A program made the translations under genes and the position numbers. The notes beneath the pieces are model-generated. The model was not told the origin of the DNA, ran no database searches, and saw nothing but the letters and a program-made list of their open reading frames with translations. Shown here piece by piece: positions 51,017 to 64,000 of a DNA stretch of 64,000 bases. The stretch lies in contig JBBRLJ010000002.1 of assembly GCA_038231435.1 (NCBI GenBank), positions 145,896-209,895 on the forward strand. The letters are read 5' to 3'. Position 1 is the stretch's first letter; each line of letters begins with the position of its first letter. Origin of the DNA: Planctomycetota bacterium (GTDB lineage Bacteria > Planctomycetota > UBA11346).

Positions 51017-52645
51017 TCAAAGATCCGGACGGGCGGCCGGCTTCTCGTCGGCCTTATCCTCGGCCTTCTCCTCGATGGGAGCGTCCTTCTTCTCTTCGGC
51101 CGGGGCATCAGCGGGCGCAGCCGCGGGGGCTTCGGCCGGAGCAGCGGCCTCCACCGGCTGCTCGGCGGCCGGCGCGGCCTCGGCGCCGGGAGCGTCGCCA
51201 GCCGGTGCCGGAGCGGGCGCGGCCGCCGCTGGGGCCTTGGGCGCCGCCGCCGGCTTGGATTTCGCGGGCACGGGCTTGGCTGGAGCCGGCTTCGCTGCGG
51301 GCGCGGATTTCTTGCTCGAGGGCTTGGCCGGGGCGGCCTTGGTCGCCGGCGCAGCCTTGGACGACCTCGCCAGGTTGCCGGTGAGGCCGACCATCGCCAT
51401 CATCTCGTCAGCGCGGCGCAGGTCGCTATTGGACTGGTCGAGGTGGCGGCGTTCGGCCTCGGTGGGATTGGCGATGTTGCCAGCGAGCGCGTCGAGCTTC
51501 GCCTGCAGCTCCTTGAGCTGCGCGGCCTCGACCGGGGGCTGCGCCACGGGTGGCGCCCCCTTGATGACATGCCCCTTCTCATCGGTCGGCGGAGCGGTGA
51601 CGACCACGAGGCCGCCGGTCATGAGCTTGCTGTCGACTTCGCCGAGGAAGGTGTGGATCTCGTGATAGAGGGCTTCGGCGCGGCTGTCGTCGCGCAGTGG
51701 GCGATCATGGGTGACGCTGTACGCCGGCACCACCGCGTCGACGAGGTACGTCGATTCGACGCCTGCCGCGACCTCACGCTGATGGTATCCGTCGAGCGCG
51801 GACTGCGCGCCGGCGTCCTGCTTGGGCTTCTTGCCGGACTTGCTGTCGGACTTCGTGTCGTTCTTGGCGTCCTGCTTCTTCTTCTCGTTCTTCGTATCGA
51901 GAGCGGCGAGCTTGGCGTCCGCTTCCTTCCCCGAGACTGCGGCCGGCTCTGCGGCCGGATCGGTCGGCGCGGCATCGGCGGCCGGCGCGGTATCAGCCGG
52001 CTGCTCGGTGGTCGCCGTCGCGCCGTCAGCGGACGCTGGCTCGGCGGCAGCGGCGGAAGCCTCGGCCTCCTTGCGCTTGCGCTCGGCTTCTGCTTTGGCG
52101 ACGGCTTCAGCCTTCTTGCGGTCCTGCTCGGCCTGCTTGCGATCGTGCTCGGCCTTCGTCGCGGCATCCTTCTTCTGCTGTGCCTTCTTATCAGATTCGG
52201 CCTTGGCGGCGGCCTGGCGATCCTGCTCGGCCTTCTCGGCCGCCTGACGCTCCTGCTCGGCGAGCTTCGTCTGCTCCTCCTTGGTCGCTTCGTCGGCGCG
52301 CTTCTTCGCGTCGTCCGCCTCGGCCATCGCGACATCGTCGCTGGTCGCTTCCTTGGCGGCATCGCCCTCGGGCTTGGCCTCGCCTTCAGCAGCAGATGGA
52401 GCAGCCTCGCTCGGCTTGTCCTCCGTCGCGACATCGGTCGTGGCCGCGACCTTGGTCGCTGGCTTAGCCGCCACCGGACCGGCGGCATCGCCCGCCTCGT
52501 CAGCGACCGCCATGTCCTCCTGCCCCTCCACGGCCTGGCTCTTCGTATCCGTTCCCGTGGACGCCTCGCGATTGGTGGCGCCACCGCAGCCGACCAGGGC
52601 GAGCAGGGTCGGGACGATGATGACGAGGAGGTCGAGCTTCTTCAT
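51017..52645 (-). CDS. Low-complexity Ala/Lys/Glu/Pro-rich lipoprotein
   Basis: MKK…LLALVGC lipobox, a long charged helical region and a small globular mid-domain. Confidence 0.75.
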   Translation of the reverse strand: MKKLDLLVIIVPTLLALVGCGGATNREASTGTDTKSQAVEGQEDMAVADEAGDAAGPVAAKPATKVAATTDVATEDKPSEAAPSAAEGEAKPEGDAAKEATSDDVAMAEADDAKKRADEATKEEQTKLAEQERQAAEKAEQDRQAAAKAESDKKAQQKKDAATKAEHDRKQAEQDRKKAEAVAKAEAERKRKEAEASAAAAEPASADGATATTEQPADTAPAADAAPTDPAAEPAAVSGKEADAKLAALDTKNEKKKQDAKNDTKSDSKSGKKPKQDAGAQSALDGYHQREVAAGVESTYLVDAVVPAYSVTHDRPLRDDSRAEALYHEIHTFLGEVDSKLMTGGLVVVTAPPTDEKGHVIKGAPPVAQPPVEAAQLKELQAKLDALAGNIANPTEAERRHLDQSNSDLRRADEMMAMVGLTGNLARSSKAAPATKAAPAKPSSKKSAPAAKPAPAKPVPAKSKPAAAPKAPAAAAPAPAPAGDAPGAEAAPAAEQPVEAAAPAEAPAAAPADAPAEEKKDAPIEEKAEDKADEKPAARPDL

Positions 52646-52847
52646 GGGATCTCTCCGATGCGGGGAGTGCGGGAGTACGGGAGGCGCGGCGTCGAGAACA
52701 GGGTTGGAACGGTGCGAGCTGTCGCAACCACGGAGTTGACGGGCATCTGCGACGCGAGGCAAGGAGCCGGACGACAGTGGCCCGGCACTGTTGCAAACAC
52801 CTCTGGGGCGTCGATGGTCCCGCCATGGCCGCTAGGACGTCGTATCC

Positions 52848-53837
52848 ATGGATCTAGCCCACCTGGTGACCCTGTTGTGCGTCCTGGCGCCGGTGTTCGC
52901 GCTGATCGCGCTCGGCCGCGGACTCAAGCGGCTCGGACTCCTGACCGATGCCGGAACCCGCGATCTGCACCAGCTGGTGTACTGGATCGGCCTGCCCATC
53001 CAGCTGCTGGTGCAGATAGGCTCCAGCGACGTCAGGGCCAACATGGACCTCAAGTCCCTGGCGGCGACCCTCGGCGCCTACTGGATCGGGTTCATCGTGA
53101 CCTGGCTCTGCACATTCCGGCTCGAGCCCGACACCCGCGGCTGCGTGCTCAACGGCACGGTGCGCGGCAACGGCGCATTCATAGGTCTGCCGGTCATCCT
53201 GCTGCTCGCCGCGACCTACCCCCAGGATCAGCGTACCCATCTGGCGAGCTGCTACCTGGTACTGCTCGGCGTCATGGTGCCGTGCTTCAATGTCGGCGCG
53301 GTCCTCGGTTTCCTGCTGCCGCGCCATGGGGTCACGGCCTCGGGAATGCGCCACGCGATGTTCGAGTCGGCGACCAATCCGCTGCTCGCCGGCTGCGCCG
53401 CCGGCATCCTGGTGTCATTGTTCTGCCCCGGACTCGCGCACGCGGATCCGGCATCACCATCGGGACCGGCGGTGAGCGCGATCTCCACCATCCTGCACAT
53501 GATCGGCGATCTGGCGGTGCCGCTCGCGCTGCTGCTGGTCGGGTATCAGATGGATACGGGCCTGATGCGGCGCAGCTGGCGGCTGCTGTCATGGATCACC
53601 GCCGCCAAGCTCCTCGCCCTGCCCGCCATGACCTGGGCCATCGGCCGGCTGATCGGTCTCGATCCCCTCACCTTGATCGCGGCGGTGGTGCTGATGGCGT
53701 CCCCCACCGCCATGGCCTCGGTGCCCATGGCCAGGGTGCTGAAGGCTGACGACCGTCTGATGGCGGCGATCGTGGTCTCGACCACGGTCTGCGCCCCGCT
53801 CTCGCTGCTGCTCTGGCTCGCCATACTGTCCCGCTGA
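52848..53837 (+). CDS. AEC (auxin efflux carrier) family transporter
   Basis: About ten TM segments; GN.AFIGLP, NP and KLL..P…PTA motifs. Confidence 0.9.
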   Translation: MDLAHLVTLLCVLAPVFALIALGRGLKRLGLLTDAGTRDLHQLVYWIGLPIQLLVQIGSSDVRANMDLKSLAATLGAYWIGFIVTWLCTFRLEPDTRGCVLNGTVRGNGAFIGLPVILLLAATYPQDQRTHLASCYLVLLGVMVPCFNVGAVLGFLLPRHGVTASGMRHAMFESATNPLLAGCAAGILVSLFCPGLAHADPASPSGPAVSAISTILHMIGDLAVPLALLLVGYQMDTGLMRRSWRLLSWITAAKLLALPAMTWAIGRLIGLDPLTLIAAVVLMASPTAMASVPMARVLKADDRLMAAIVVSTTVCAPLSLLLWLAILSR

Positions 53838-53951
53838 AGCCCTGACCGAATCGGTTGTCCGGCAACCGTTGGCATGGTAGCGTGCCGGCCCGACCCCGAT
53901 TCAGATTCCGCGCCATCCGCCCAGCTTCGTTCGCAAGCCACCGAGGAACCG

Positions 53952-54464
53952 ATGCCCTCCGACACCGATCAAGCTTCCGACCCGCGCCATCACGAACGCC
54001 TCGCGGGCGAGATCACGGAATCGGTGCTGGCGATCCTGCGCAAGGCTGCGAGCGAGGGCCGGCTGCCATCAGATTTCAGGATGGGGCCGCTTCCGTCAGC
54101 AGCCGCGTCAGGAACCGCGGCAGCGCCCGCCGCCATGGCGCCTGCCACCGTCTCCGCGCAATCCCCATCGATGGGTTCGCCGATCGTCGGCGTCGGCGGC
54201 GAGGAACCCTTGGTGCGCAAACCCGGAGCTCCACCGCCGGCGCCGCGCGCCGCCTCGCACGCCGTGACCCATGGCGAGGCCGGCCCCGAGAAGCCGCGCC
54301 GCGCGCCCGGAACCGGAACCATCCGTGCCGCTATCCAGAGCGCCGCGCGCGACTTCGTGCAGCCCGGACCCGCGGTCGAGATCGTGCGCTACCGCATCGC
54401 CCTGCTGGTGCTGGTGCTGTGCCTGTCGGCGCTGAGCGTCGCGCTGGCGGTCAGCCTGAGCTGA
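53952..54464 (+). CDS. Hypothetical tail-anchored membrane protein
   Basis: GAGG SD, Pro/Ala-rich body and a single C-terminal hydrophobic helix. Confidence 0.6.
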   Translation: MPSDTDQASDPRHHERLAGEITESVLAILRKAASEGRLPSDFRMGPLPSAAASGTAAAPAAMAPATVSAQSPSMGSPIVGVGGEEPLVRKPGAPPPAPRAASHAVTHGEAGPEKPRRAPGTGTIRAAIQSAARDFVQPGPAVEIVRYRIALLVLVLCLSALSVALAVSLS

Positions 54465-54496
54465 CGATCTGACGTAGGACTGTCTTCACGCCGTCT

Positions 54497-55180
54497 TCAC
54501 GACATCGCGGCGCGCGCGGCCTCGTCATCAAGATACCACAAGCACTTCTCCTGCGGGAGGAGGCTCACCGGCAACGCCGGGTCTGGGTGTTGCCGCGCGG
54601 CACGCGCGACGCGGCCCTTCGCCGCTCCCAGCGCGAGGATCGCGAGGGTGCGCGCGCGATGCAACGTGGGCAGCGACATGGTGAGCCGGCGCGGCGGAGG
54701 CTTCGGACTGTCGTAGATCGCGAACACGTCGGAGAGCTCGCCGAGGCCGCTGTGGTTGGGGAACAGGCTCGCGCAGTGCCCGTCCTCGCCGATGCCGACC
54801 AGGCAGGCATCGATGATGCCGGTGCCGCCGGTCGCCGCGAGCAGCGTGGCCGCATAACGCGCGGCCGCCGCTTCGAGATCGGCGTCCTCGGCGGGCATCG
54901 CGTGCACGCGGGCGGGAAGCAGTCCGCCCGTCTGCCAGGCCGCGAGGGTCGGCAGGTCGTTGCGGTCCGGGTGGTCGCGCGGCACCGCGCGCTCGTCGAG
55001 CCACAGCAGATCGAGGCGATCGCGGACGAATGGATCGCAAATGCGCGCGAGTTCGGTCAGCACCGGGCCAGGAGAACGCCCACCCGGGATGGCGAGCGAG
55101 GCGCGTCCGCGCTCGGCCGCGGCGGCGTCGAGCAGCGCATGGAGGGCCTCGGCGAGCGTGGACGGCTGGTACGGCAGCAT
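54497..55180 (-). CDS. pgl: 6-phosphogluconolactonase
   Basis: GGRSP, DERAVP, GIGEDGHCASLFP and SPKPPPRRLT. Confidence 0.93.
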   Translation of the reverse strand: MLPYQPSTLAEALHALLDAAAAERGRASLAIPGGRSPGPVLTELARICDPFVRDRLDLLWLDERAVPRDHPDRNDLPTLAAWQTGGLLPARVHAMPAEDADLEAAAARYAATLLAATGGTGIIDACLVGIGEDGHCASLFPNHSGLGELSDVFAIYDSPKPPPRRLTMSLPTLHRARTLAILALGAAKGRVARAARQHPDPALPVSLLPQEKCLWYLDDEAARAAMS

Positions 55181-55653
55181 GCGTCCCTTGTGGCTCTGGC
55201 GGCGGATGCGCAACCGCGCGGAGCTCCCGCGGAGGTGCCCGGGATGACGCAAGCGACGTGAGATAGTTTCCGACAACTGGCTTCCGGAGGCGATTCCGAG
55301 CCTCCTTGAACGGCTACGTAGCTGAGCACTAAGCAGCGGGTGGGTTGGCAGTTAGACGAGAATCGGCGAAAGCGGGCGGCGAATCGATGGTTTTCCCTTC
55401 TTGCGGAGCACTTTCACCCGTTATACTGCGAATCCCCGCTTCTAGGGGGCTTCGAGCCGCCTCATCCTTTCCGTTTATTTTTCACTTATTTCAGTCCCGA
55501 TTCTCCAGCCAGGCAGCTCCAGCTCGTTCGAAGTTTCTCCCTCTCCCCTCTCCGCGCTCATATCATGCAGACATCGCCCATGCCTCTCGCCACCATCGTC
55601 ACCAACCCGCACTCATGACGCGCCGCCCCGAGACGCATCTAGGATCCCCAACC

Positions 55654-58323
<2,670 letters not shown>

Positions 58324-58358
58324 ACCGGCACACCGGGTTCGATCCGAGATGGTCGACC

Positions 58359-58402
58359 ATGCAGGACGCGCCGACCGTGCTCGACGCGTCCTGCATATTT
58401 TT
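58359..58402 (+). terminator. Intrinsic terminator after the SNF2 gene
   Basis: An ATGCAGGACGCG…CGCGTCCTGCAT stem is followed by ATTTTT. Confidence 0.7.
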
Positions 58403-58461
58403 CGGTCACATGTTTTTCGGCCATTAGGCCGCCTGATGTCGTGCCGCCGTAAGGTCGCGGA

Positions 58462-58992
58462 TTATTTTTTCGATGCAGCGCTGGAGTGCGAGAGACGATG
58501 CCACCATCGGCTCAACAGTCCTCCTCGTGGGCTCGCCGCGTCGTGCTGGGCGGAATCGCGGCGCACGGCGGGCGCGGGATCCACGACGGTCTCCGGGTGG
58601 TCCGGAGCGACCCAGGTGCCGGGGGCGGAGAGATCGAGGGCGCAGGCGTTGAAGCCATTGCGCGGTTTGGATTCGAGCAGGGCGACGATGGCGGCGAAGG
58701 GCGTGCGCAGCGCAGGATGGTCCTCCTCGGCCTGGACCAGGATGTATCCCGGCTCGTAGGTGAATTCGAGCGGAGCGTGCTCGTGGTGGGCGGAGATCGA
58801 GAGGTGGTCGATCACCACGTCTTCGGCGATCACGTCGCGGATCTGCTCGATGTCTTCGAGACGGTACGAATTCGCCTTCATCGCCACCTGCCCGCCTAGG
58901 CCGGCGGCGTGATGGGCAACGGACTTGAGGTCGTTGGTGGAGATGGTGATCCCGGAGAATACCCGTTTCAGCTGCTTCTGGTTCGAAGCCAT
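58462..58992 (-). CDS. Hypothetical protein
   Basis: 176-aa ORF with genome-typical codon usage; no recognised motif. Confidence 0.65.
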   Translation of the reverse strand: MASNQKQLKRVFSGITISTNDLKSVAHHAAGLGGQVAMKANSYRLEDIEQIRDVIAEDVVIDHLSISAHHEHAPLEFTYEPGYILVQAEEDHPALRTPFAAIVALLESKPRNGFNACALDLSAPGTWVAPDHPETVVDPAPAVRRDSAQHDAASPRGGLLSRWWHRLSHSSAASKK

Positions 58993-59212
58993 GGCGTGCT
59001 CGATGCCGGTCGGGGAAAGGAGCCCCCCATCGTCCTCTTGTGCAGAGAATTGTCAGGGAGATGTCAGTGTATCGGCTGCCCGATCGAGGCGGCCCGTCCG
59101 GCTATGACGCATTGTGCCGCGCAGGAGTGGGGATCCCGCGCTTTGTGCCTGATGCCTCCACAAGACCAAAGGAACCTTGGCCGCCACCGACGCTTCCGTC
59201 TGTCCGGCGCGA

Positions 59213-59497
59213 TCACTTCTCGACGGTGACGCGCGGCAACGCCTCGGCGGCGTCCGAGGCCGACATCAGGGCGCGGGCAAAGGCTTTGGCATCCTGGGCG
59301 GCGATGGCATCGGCCGAACGCCACGCCAGATGCGGCGGCATCTCGCGCGCGCAGCCCATGAAGAAGGTCGCGCGGCGCGGGGTGAGCGTCACCTGCACAC
59401 CGCCGCCGCTGGGCAGGCGCACATCCCAGATCCTGGCGATGCCTTCGTCGGACTCCTTGATCGAGCATGTGGTGGATTCGTTCTCGTGGGTGTCCAT
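59213..59497 (-). CDS. Small hypothetical protein; stand-alone copy of the C-terminal domain of the upstream gene
   Basis: AAAGGA SD; shares PRRATFFMG and WRSADAIA with 59576-60337. Confidence 0.8.
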   Translation of the reverse strand: MDTHENESTTCSIKESDEGIARIWDVRLPSGGGVQVTLTPRRATFFMGCAREMPPHLAWRSADAIAAQDAKAFARALMSASDAAEALPRVTVEK

Positions 59498-59575
59498 GAC
59501 CATTCCTTTTCAGTTTTTTCGGATTCGGTTTCGCGGATGCGGCTCGAGCGTGGAGGTCGGCGAAGGTCGGCGGAC

Positions 59576-60337
59576 TCAAGAATCCTTGACGTCCGCCGCC
59601 ACCGTCACCTGGGGCAGGCGATCAGCGGTGTCGGCAGCCGAGAGCAGGGTGCGCGCAAAGGCGCGCACGTCCTCGGTGGCGATGGCGTCGGCCGAGCGCC
59701 AGGTGACGTGCGGAGCCAGGACCCGTTCGGAGCCCATGAAGAAGGTGGCGCGGCGCGGCATCAGCTTGACCACCACGCCGCTGCCGTGGGGCAGGAACAC
59801 GTCCCAGACCATGGCGATTCCGTCTTGCGATTCTGTGATCGCGCACTGGGCGACACCCGCCGCGTCCGAGGCCTGGGCGGGCACGGCGGGTATGGGCCGC
59901 TCCGCTGGACGACCAGACGATGGCGTTTGCGCTGGCTGGGCCGGCGCCACAGGTTGCGCCGCCGATGCGGCTGCGGGCGCGCGGGCCGCAGGCGTAGCGA
60001 CTGACGGCTCGGGCTTGATCGTTGACTGGATCACCGGCTGAGGGGCGACCTGCTGCGCGAGTGGCTGCATGGCCGGAGCCGCGCCTGAGGACGAAGGCCG
60101 GGATGGCCGGGCGGGAAACGCCGGAGGCGAGCTGGGCACCGCCTCCTCCTCCGATCCGTTCGCATCGATGGCTCCACGGCCGGGAATACGCACCTCGGCG
60201 CTCGGCAGGGCCTTGATCACGTAGTCGCCGTTCTCCTCCAATGCTCCCGAGGACGCCCGCGACGTGGACGGAGCATGCGGCGCGCTGGTGTTCTGGCTGG
60301 CTTTGAGGGCCTCGAGAAAGTGTGCGTCGGGATCCAT
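59576..60337 (-). CDS. Hypothetical protein: Pro/Ala-rich disordered N-terminus plus conserved ~85-aa domain
   Basis: GGAG SD before MDPDAHF; the domain is paralogous to the downstream gene. Confidence 0.8.
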   Translation of the reverse strand: MDPDAHFLEALKASQNTSAPHAPSTSRASSGALEENGDYVIKALPSAEVRIPGRGAIDANGSEEEAVPSSPPAFPARPSRPSSSGAAPAMQPLAQQVAPQPVIQSTIKPEPSVATPAARAPAAASAAQPVAPAQPAQTPSSGRPAERPIPAVPAQASDAAGVAQCAITESQDGIAMVWDVFLPHGSGVVVKLMPRRATFFMGSERVLAPHVTWRSADAIATEDVRAFARTLLSAADTADRLPQVTVAADVKDS

Positions 60338-60544
60338 GTCTCCTCCAGTCTGAGTAGGACCGTAGGGATCGGAGTTTACGCTGTCGACATGCGAACCCGG
60401 ATCCTGCAACGTCGGTACCCTGCTTCCCGGATCATGCCTAGACCGATGGAGAACCTCTAAATGCCGGAGGTTCGTCACCGCCGCACGAGATGCCGTCGTT
60501 CCTTCCGCCCTCCGCCGCCCCGCTCCCCTCCCCACGCCATCCAC

Positions 60545-62002
60545 CTACTCCCCCGCGAAGAACTTCCCATGGAACCCATACGGCACATGCCCGGGCAGCA
60601 CGATCCTCGCGCATTCCTTCCACGTTGCGGCATCCAGCACCATGAGCGCATCGTCGTCGCCATGATCCCTATGAGCCATCGCCAATACCACGCCATCGTC
60701 CTCGGCAGCGGTGTCCGCATCCGCGCGCTCGGGGTTCGGCACGAACACCGGCTCGCCGAAGCGGCAACCGTCCTCCATCCAGGCCCGCGTCGAGCCATCG
60801 CGCAGGTCGGCTTTCACCAGGCGATCGTACGACGCCGACTTGCGCGCGCTGGTCGACCCGACGCCGTAGGCGAAGCGGTACGGCAGCCCTTCGCGCGCGG
60901 GCGCGATCGAGGCGAATTCGAGCGGCTCGCCGAGCGGCTCCGAGCGCGCCAGTGCGCCGGTGCGCAGATCAATGCGCCAGCGCACCAGGCGCGATAGCGG
61001 ACGCGGCGACTCGGATCGCGCCAACTCGTCGAAATAGAACGAGCGGATCACGCCGTGATCGGGATAGGCGCAGAGATCGGCCACCAGCTCATCGCCGTCC
61101 TCGAACGCCGCGAGATGGTGGAAGGCGAAGCAGGCCTCGGCGCGCACCGAGGCCACCACCCGACCGCTGTCGCGCTCAATGACGCGCACGCGCGTGCCGT
61201 GCTCGGGGCGCCAACGGAAGGTGCCGATGTAGCTCTCCTCGCCCAGGAGCATGCGCAGCGGATCCATCAGCAGCGGGAACTCGGCGAGCACCAGGTGGCG
61301 CCGCGACATGCCGAAGCTGTGGATGTAGGAGGGGTGGGTCAGCGGCAGCGTCGCGATCGGCTCGCGCCGGCTGTGGCCGTCCTTGATGCGGAAGAAACGG
61401 TAATGGCGTTCGCGGCCGCTGAACTTGGTGACCATATTCACCAGCTCGCCGCGCACGCGGTCGTGCAGCGGGTGCGCGGTGGTGGTCTGGCCGAAGCATG
61501 CCTCGTCGTCGGGATAGTCGAAGCGGCCGCGCGTCGCCAGGGTGCGCGCGTCGAACTCGACCGCGAACGGGGTCTCGGTGAGCGCTAGCGCGCGACCAGC
61601 GACCGGCGCGATGTTCACGCCGGCGTTGTCGGAATAGCGCGGCGCCACCAGCAGGCGGACGATGTCGACGAGCGTGCGCGCGGGGGCGGCGCCAAACTGG
61701 CGGAAGGTCATGCGCCGGCCGGCCATCGCCTGCTGGTACATCGGGGAGCGCAGGAAGCGGCTCCGGTACATGACCGCTGCCGGGTTCGATCCGCCCGAGA
61801 ATCCGAAGCGCTGCAGGAGCGCGAAGCCGTCGAAGAAATGGCGGGCCTGGTAGCCGGGCGCCTCGAAGCGCCCCGGGCCGTTGCGGATCAACGCGCCGCG
61901 CAGCCAGCGCGGGAGCTCGCCCCGCACCGGCAGCGGCAGCGGCGCGAGGTCGACCTCGCGGTCGAGCGAACGGAAGCTCGAATTCAGCGCCGTGGCGTCC
62001 AC
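60545..62002 (-). CDS. Carotenoid oxygenase (CCD/RPE65) family protein
   Basis: L.RNGPG, HFFDG, the four Fe-binding His motifs (TAHP, YIHSF, FHH, GFHG) and EPVFVP…EDDG. Confidence 0.95.
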   Translation of the reverse strand: MDATALNSSFRSLDREVDLAPLPLPVRGELPRWLRGALIRNGPGRFEAPGYQARHFFDGFALLQRFGFSGGSNPAAVMYRSRFLRSPMYQQAMAGRRMTFRQFGAAPARTLVDIVRLLVAPRYSDNAGVNIAPVAGRALALTETPFAVEFDARTLATRGRFDYPDDEACFGQTTTAHPLHDRVRGELVNMVTKFSGRERHYRFFRIKDGHSRREPIATLPLTHPSYIHSFGMSRRHLVLAEFPLLMDPLRMLLGEESYIGTFRWRPEHGTRVRVIERDSGRVVASVRAEACFAFHHLAAFEDGDELVADLCAYPDHGVIRSFYFDELARSESPRPLSRLVRWRIDLRTGALARSEPLGEPLEFASIAPAREGLPYRFAYGVGSTSARKSASYDRLVKADLRDGSTRAWMEDGCRFGEPVFVPNPERADADTAAEDDGVVLAMAHRDHGDDDALMVLDAATWKECARIVLPGHVPYGFHGKFFAGE

Positions 62003-62115
62003 GCGCGCATGCTACCGCGGCGCGACCGCCAGCCAGCCGCTTCGCGCCGACGTGATTCGCCACCGTCGAGAGCGTGGCAGTGGACGTCCTCTACCGGTCG
62101 CAGACACTCCAACGC

Positions 62116-63744
62116 GTGCGCATCGCCGTCGCCCAGCTGAACCTGCTCATCGGCGATATCGACGGCGCTGCCAAGGCGATCTCGTCGGCCGCGGTAGAGG
62201 CCAAGGCCGGAGGCGCCGACCTGCTGGTGTGCCCCGAGCTGTGCGCCTTCGGCGGCTATCCGCCACGCGATCTGCTTGAGCGGCCGGCGCTGGTCGAGCG
62301 TCAGTGGAGGATGGCGCAGGACATCGCCCGCTCGCTCCCCCTGCCTTCGCTGATCGGTTGCGTCGAGCCGCTAGAGCCAGGCATAGATCCGCCGCTCGCC
62401 AACGCCGTCATTGCGGCAAACCGTGGCCGCATCGTCGCCACCTACCACAAGCGCCTGCTTCCTGCCTACGACGTGTTCGACGAGCGCCGTTACTTCCGGC
62501 CGGGCAACCACAGCCGCGTCGTCGAACTCGCGGGCATGAGCGTGGGCTTGACCATTTGCGAGGATATCTGGAACGAGATCGGCGCGCGCTATCGCCAGGA
62601 TCCGGTCGCCGAGCTGGTCGGCCGTTGCGACCTGCTGGTGAATGTCTCCGCCTCTCCGTACCACGCCGGCAAGCCGCTGGTGCGGCAGCGCCTGGTGGCC
62701 GCGGTCGCGAGCCGCGTGCGCGCGCCGGTGGTGTATTGCAACCAAGTCGGCGGGCACGACGAGCTGCTGTTCGATGGCGGCAGCTGCGTGGTCTCGCCTG
62801 GCGATCGCTGGCACCTCGCGGCGCCGCGCTGGAAGGCGGGCGTGTTCATCGCCGACCTCGGCGCGACCGTGGCCGCGCCCGCCGAAGTCGACGCGATGGC
62901 GGACCTGCACGACGCACTGGTGTGCGGAATCCGGGATTACTGCCGCAAGACTGGACAGAAGAAAGTGGTGCTCGGACTCTCGGGCGGCATCGATTCCGCC
63001 GTGGTCGCCGCACTCGCCTGCGACGCGCTCGGGCCAGAAAATGTCGTCGGCCTGCTCATGCCCGGTCCGTATTCGAGCCGCGGCAGCGTCACCGACGCGC
63101 AGGCGCTCGCCAAGGGGTTGGGCATCGCCACCCACGTGCTGTCGATCACGCGCGGCTTCGAGACGCTGCTCGGCGAGCTCGACCCGGTGTTCGCCGGCAC
63201 CGCGCAGGGGCTCGCCGAGGAGAACCTGCAGTCGCGCCTGCGCGGCACCTTGGTGATGGCGGTGGCGAACAAGGTCGGCGCGATGGCGTTGACCACCGGC
63301 AACAAGAGCGAGATCGCGGTCGGCTACTGCACCATCTACGGCGACATGAACGGCGGACTCGCGCCGATCGGCGACTGCTACAAGTGCCAGGTGTGGGATC
63401 TCGCTCGCCATATCAACCGCGCCGCGCTGGCGGCGGGAGGAGCCGAGCGCATTCCCGAATCGAGTATCGTCAAGCCGCCATCGGCCGAGCTGCGCGAGAA
63501 CCAGACCGATCAGGACAGCCTGCCGCCGTATGAAGTCCTGGACCGCATCCTCGAACGCTACATCGAGCGCGGCGAGAGCGTCGAGGCGATCGTCGCCGCC
63601 GGAGAGGATCGCGCGACGGTCGCGAGGATCGCGCGGTTGGTCGAGGTCAGCGAGTTCAAACGCCGGCAGGCTGCGCCGGCGTTGCGGGTGACGGCGAAAG
63701 CGTTCGGGGTGGGGAGACGGATGCCGATCGCGAGGGGAATTTAA
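62116..63744 (+). CDS. nadE: Glutamine-dependent NAD+ synthetase
   Basis: Nitrilase domain E-K-C (CPEL, KRLLP, ICEDIW); synthetase SGGIDS, TGNKSE and PSAEL. The ORF is open from 62074. Confidence 0.96.
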   Translation: MRIAVAQLNLLIGDIDGAAKAISSAAVEAKAGGADLLVCPELCAFGGYPPRDLLERPALVERQWRMAQDIARSLPLPSLIGCVEPLEPGIDPPLANAVIAANRGRIVATYHKRLLPAYDVFDERRYFRPGNHSRVVELAGMSVGLTICEDIWNEIGARYRQDPVAELVGRCDLLVNVSASPYHAGKPLVRQRLVAAVASRVRAPVVYCNQVGGHDELLFDGGSCVVSPGDRWHLAAPRWKAGVFIADLGATVAAPAEVDAMADLHDALVCGIRDYCRKTGQKKVVLGLSGGIDSAVVAALACDALGPENVVGLLMPGPYSSRGSVTDAQALAKGLGIATHVLSITRGFETLLGELDPVFAGTAQGLAEENLQSRLRGTLVMAVANKVGAMALTTGNKSEIAVGYCTIYGDMNGGLAPIGDCYKCQVWDLARHINRAALAAGGAERIPESSIVKPPSAELRENQTDQDSLPPYEVLDRILERYIERGESVEAIVAAGEDRATVARIARLVEVSEFKRRQAAPALRVTAKAFGVGRRMPIARGI

Positions 63745-63811
63745 GGGAGAGGAGCGGAGCAGAAAGCTGACGATCATTTCGGCCCCTCCGCCGACCCTGC
63801 TCGTTTCTTCC

Positions 63812-63860
63812 CGGGGGGCAGGCCGGAGGCCGATGTTGGGGGGCCGTAGTCCCCCAACTA
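63812..63860. repeat. Family B hairpin element, copy 3 (minimal form)
   Basis: GGGGGGCAGGCCGGAGGCCGATGTTGGGGGCCGTAGTCCCCCAAC. Confidence 0.75.
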
Positions 63861-63864
63861 AAGG

Positions 63865-64000
63865 AGCGGAAAGCGGAAAGCGGAAAGCGGAAAGCGGAAA
63901 GCGGAAAGCGGAAAGCGGAAAGCGGAAAGCGGAAAGCGGAAAGCGGAAAGCGGAAAGCGGAAAGCGGAAAGCGGAAAGCGGAAAGCGGAAAGCGGAAAGC
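63865..64000. repeat. Perfect heptanucleotide tandem repeat (AGCGGAA)n, at least 19 units, open at the window end
   Basis: Read directly from the sequence. Confidence 0.97.

Overview
High-GC bacterial chromosomal window with about 50 mostly unlinked genes. Housekeeping genes include dnaE, rpsU, mnmA, nadE, coaD, trpD, birA, pgl, araD and ppk2. Envelope genes include a MrdA/PBP2-like protein with a very large insertion, a LysM L,D-transpeptidase, a LolA-like protein and two outer-membrane barrel candidates, so the organism is a peptidoglycan-containing diderm; a Planctomycetota-like origin is only a guess. Signalling, TPR, ankyrin and SNF2 proteins are also present. I found no rRNA, tRNA, CRISPR array, integrase or transposase. 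The most notable non-routine signals are: (1) two families of dispersed, covarying hairpin elements, mostly abutting stop codons; (2) a 3 x 160 bp tandem hairpin array upstream of rpsU; (3) a (GCGGAAA)n tract running off the window end; (4) a same-strand cluster of small genes with two stand-alone ParB/Srx-like paralogs, immunity-like genes, an SMR-type transporter, a GNAT and PPK2; (5) a PhyH-type Fe/2OG enzyme with a halogenase-like HxG motif; (6) a DnaE with a degenerate PHP site; and (7) repeated leaderless-promoter signatures. All assignments come from motif reading by eye; no searches were run.
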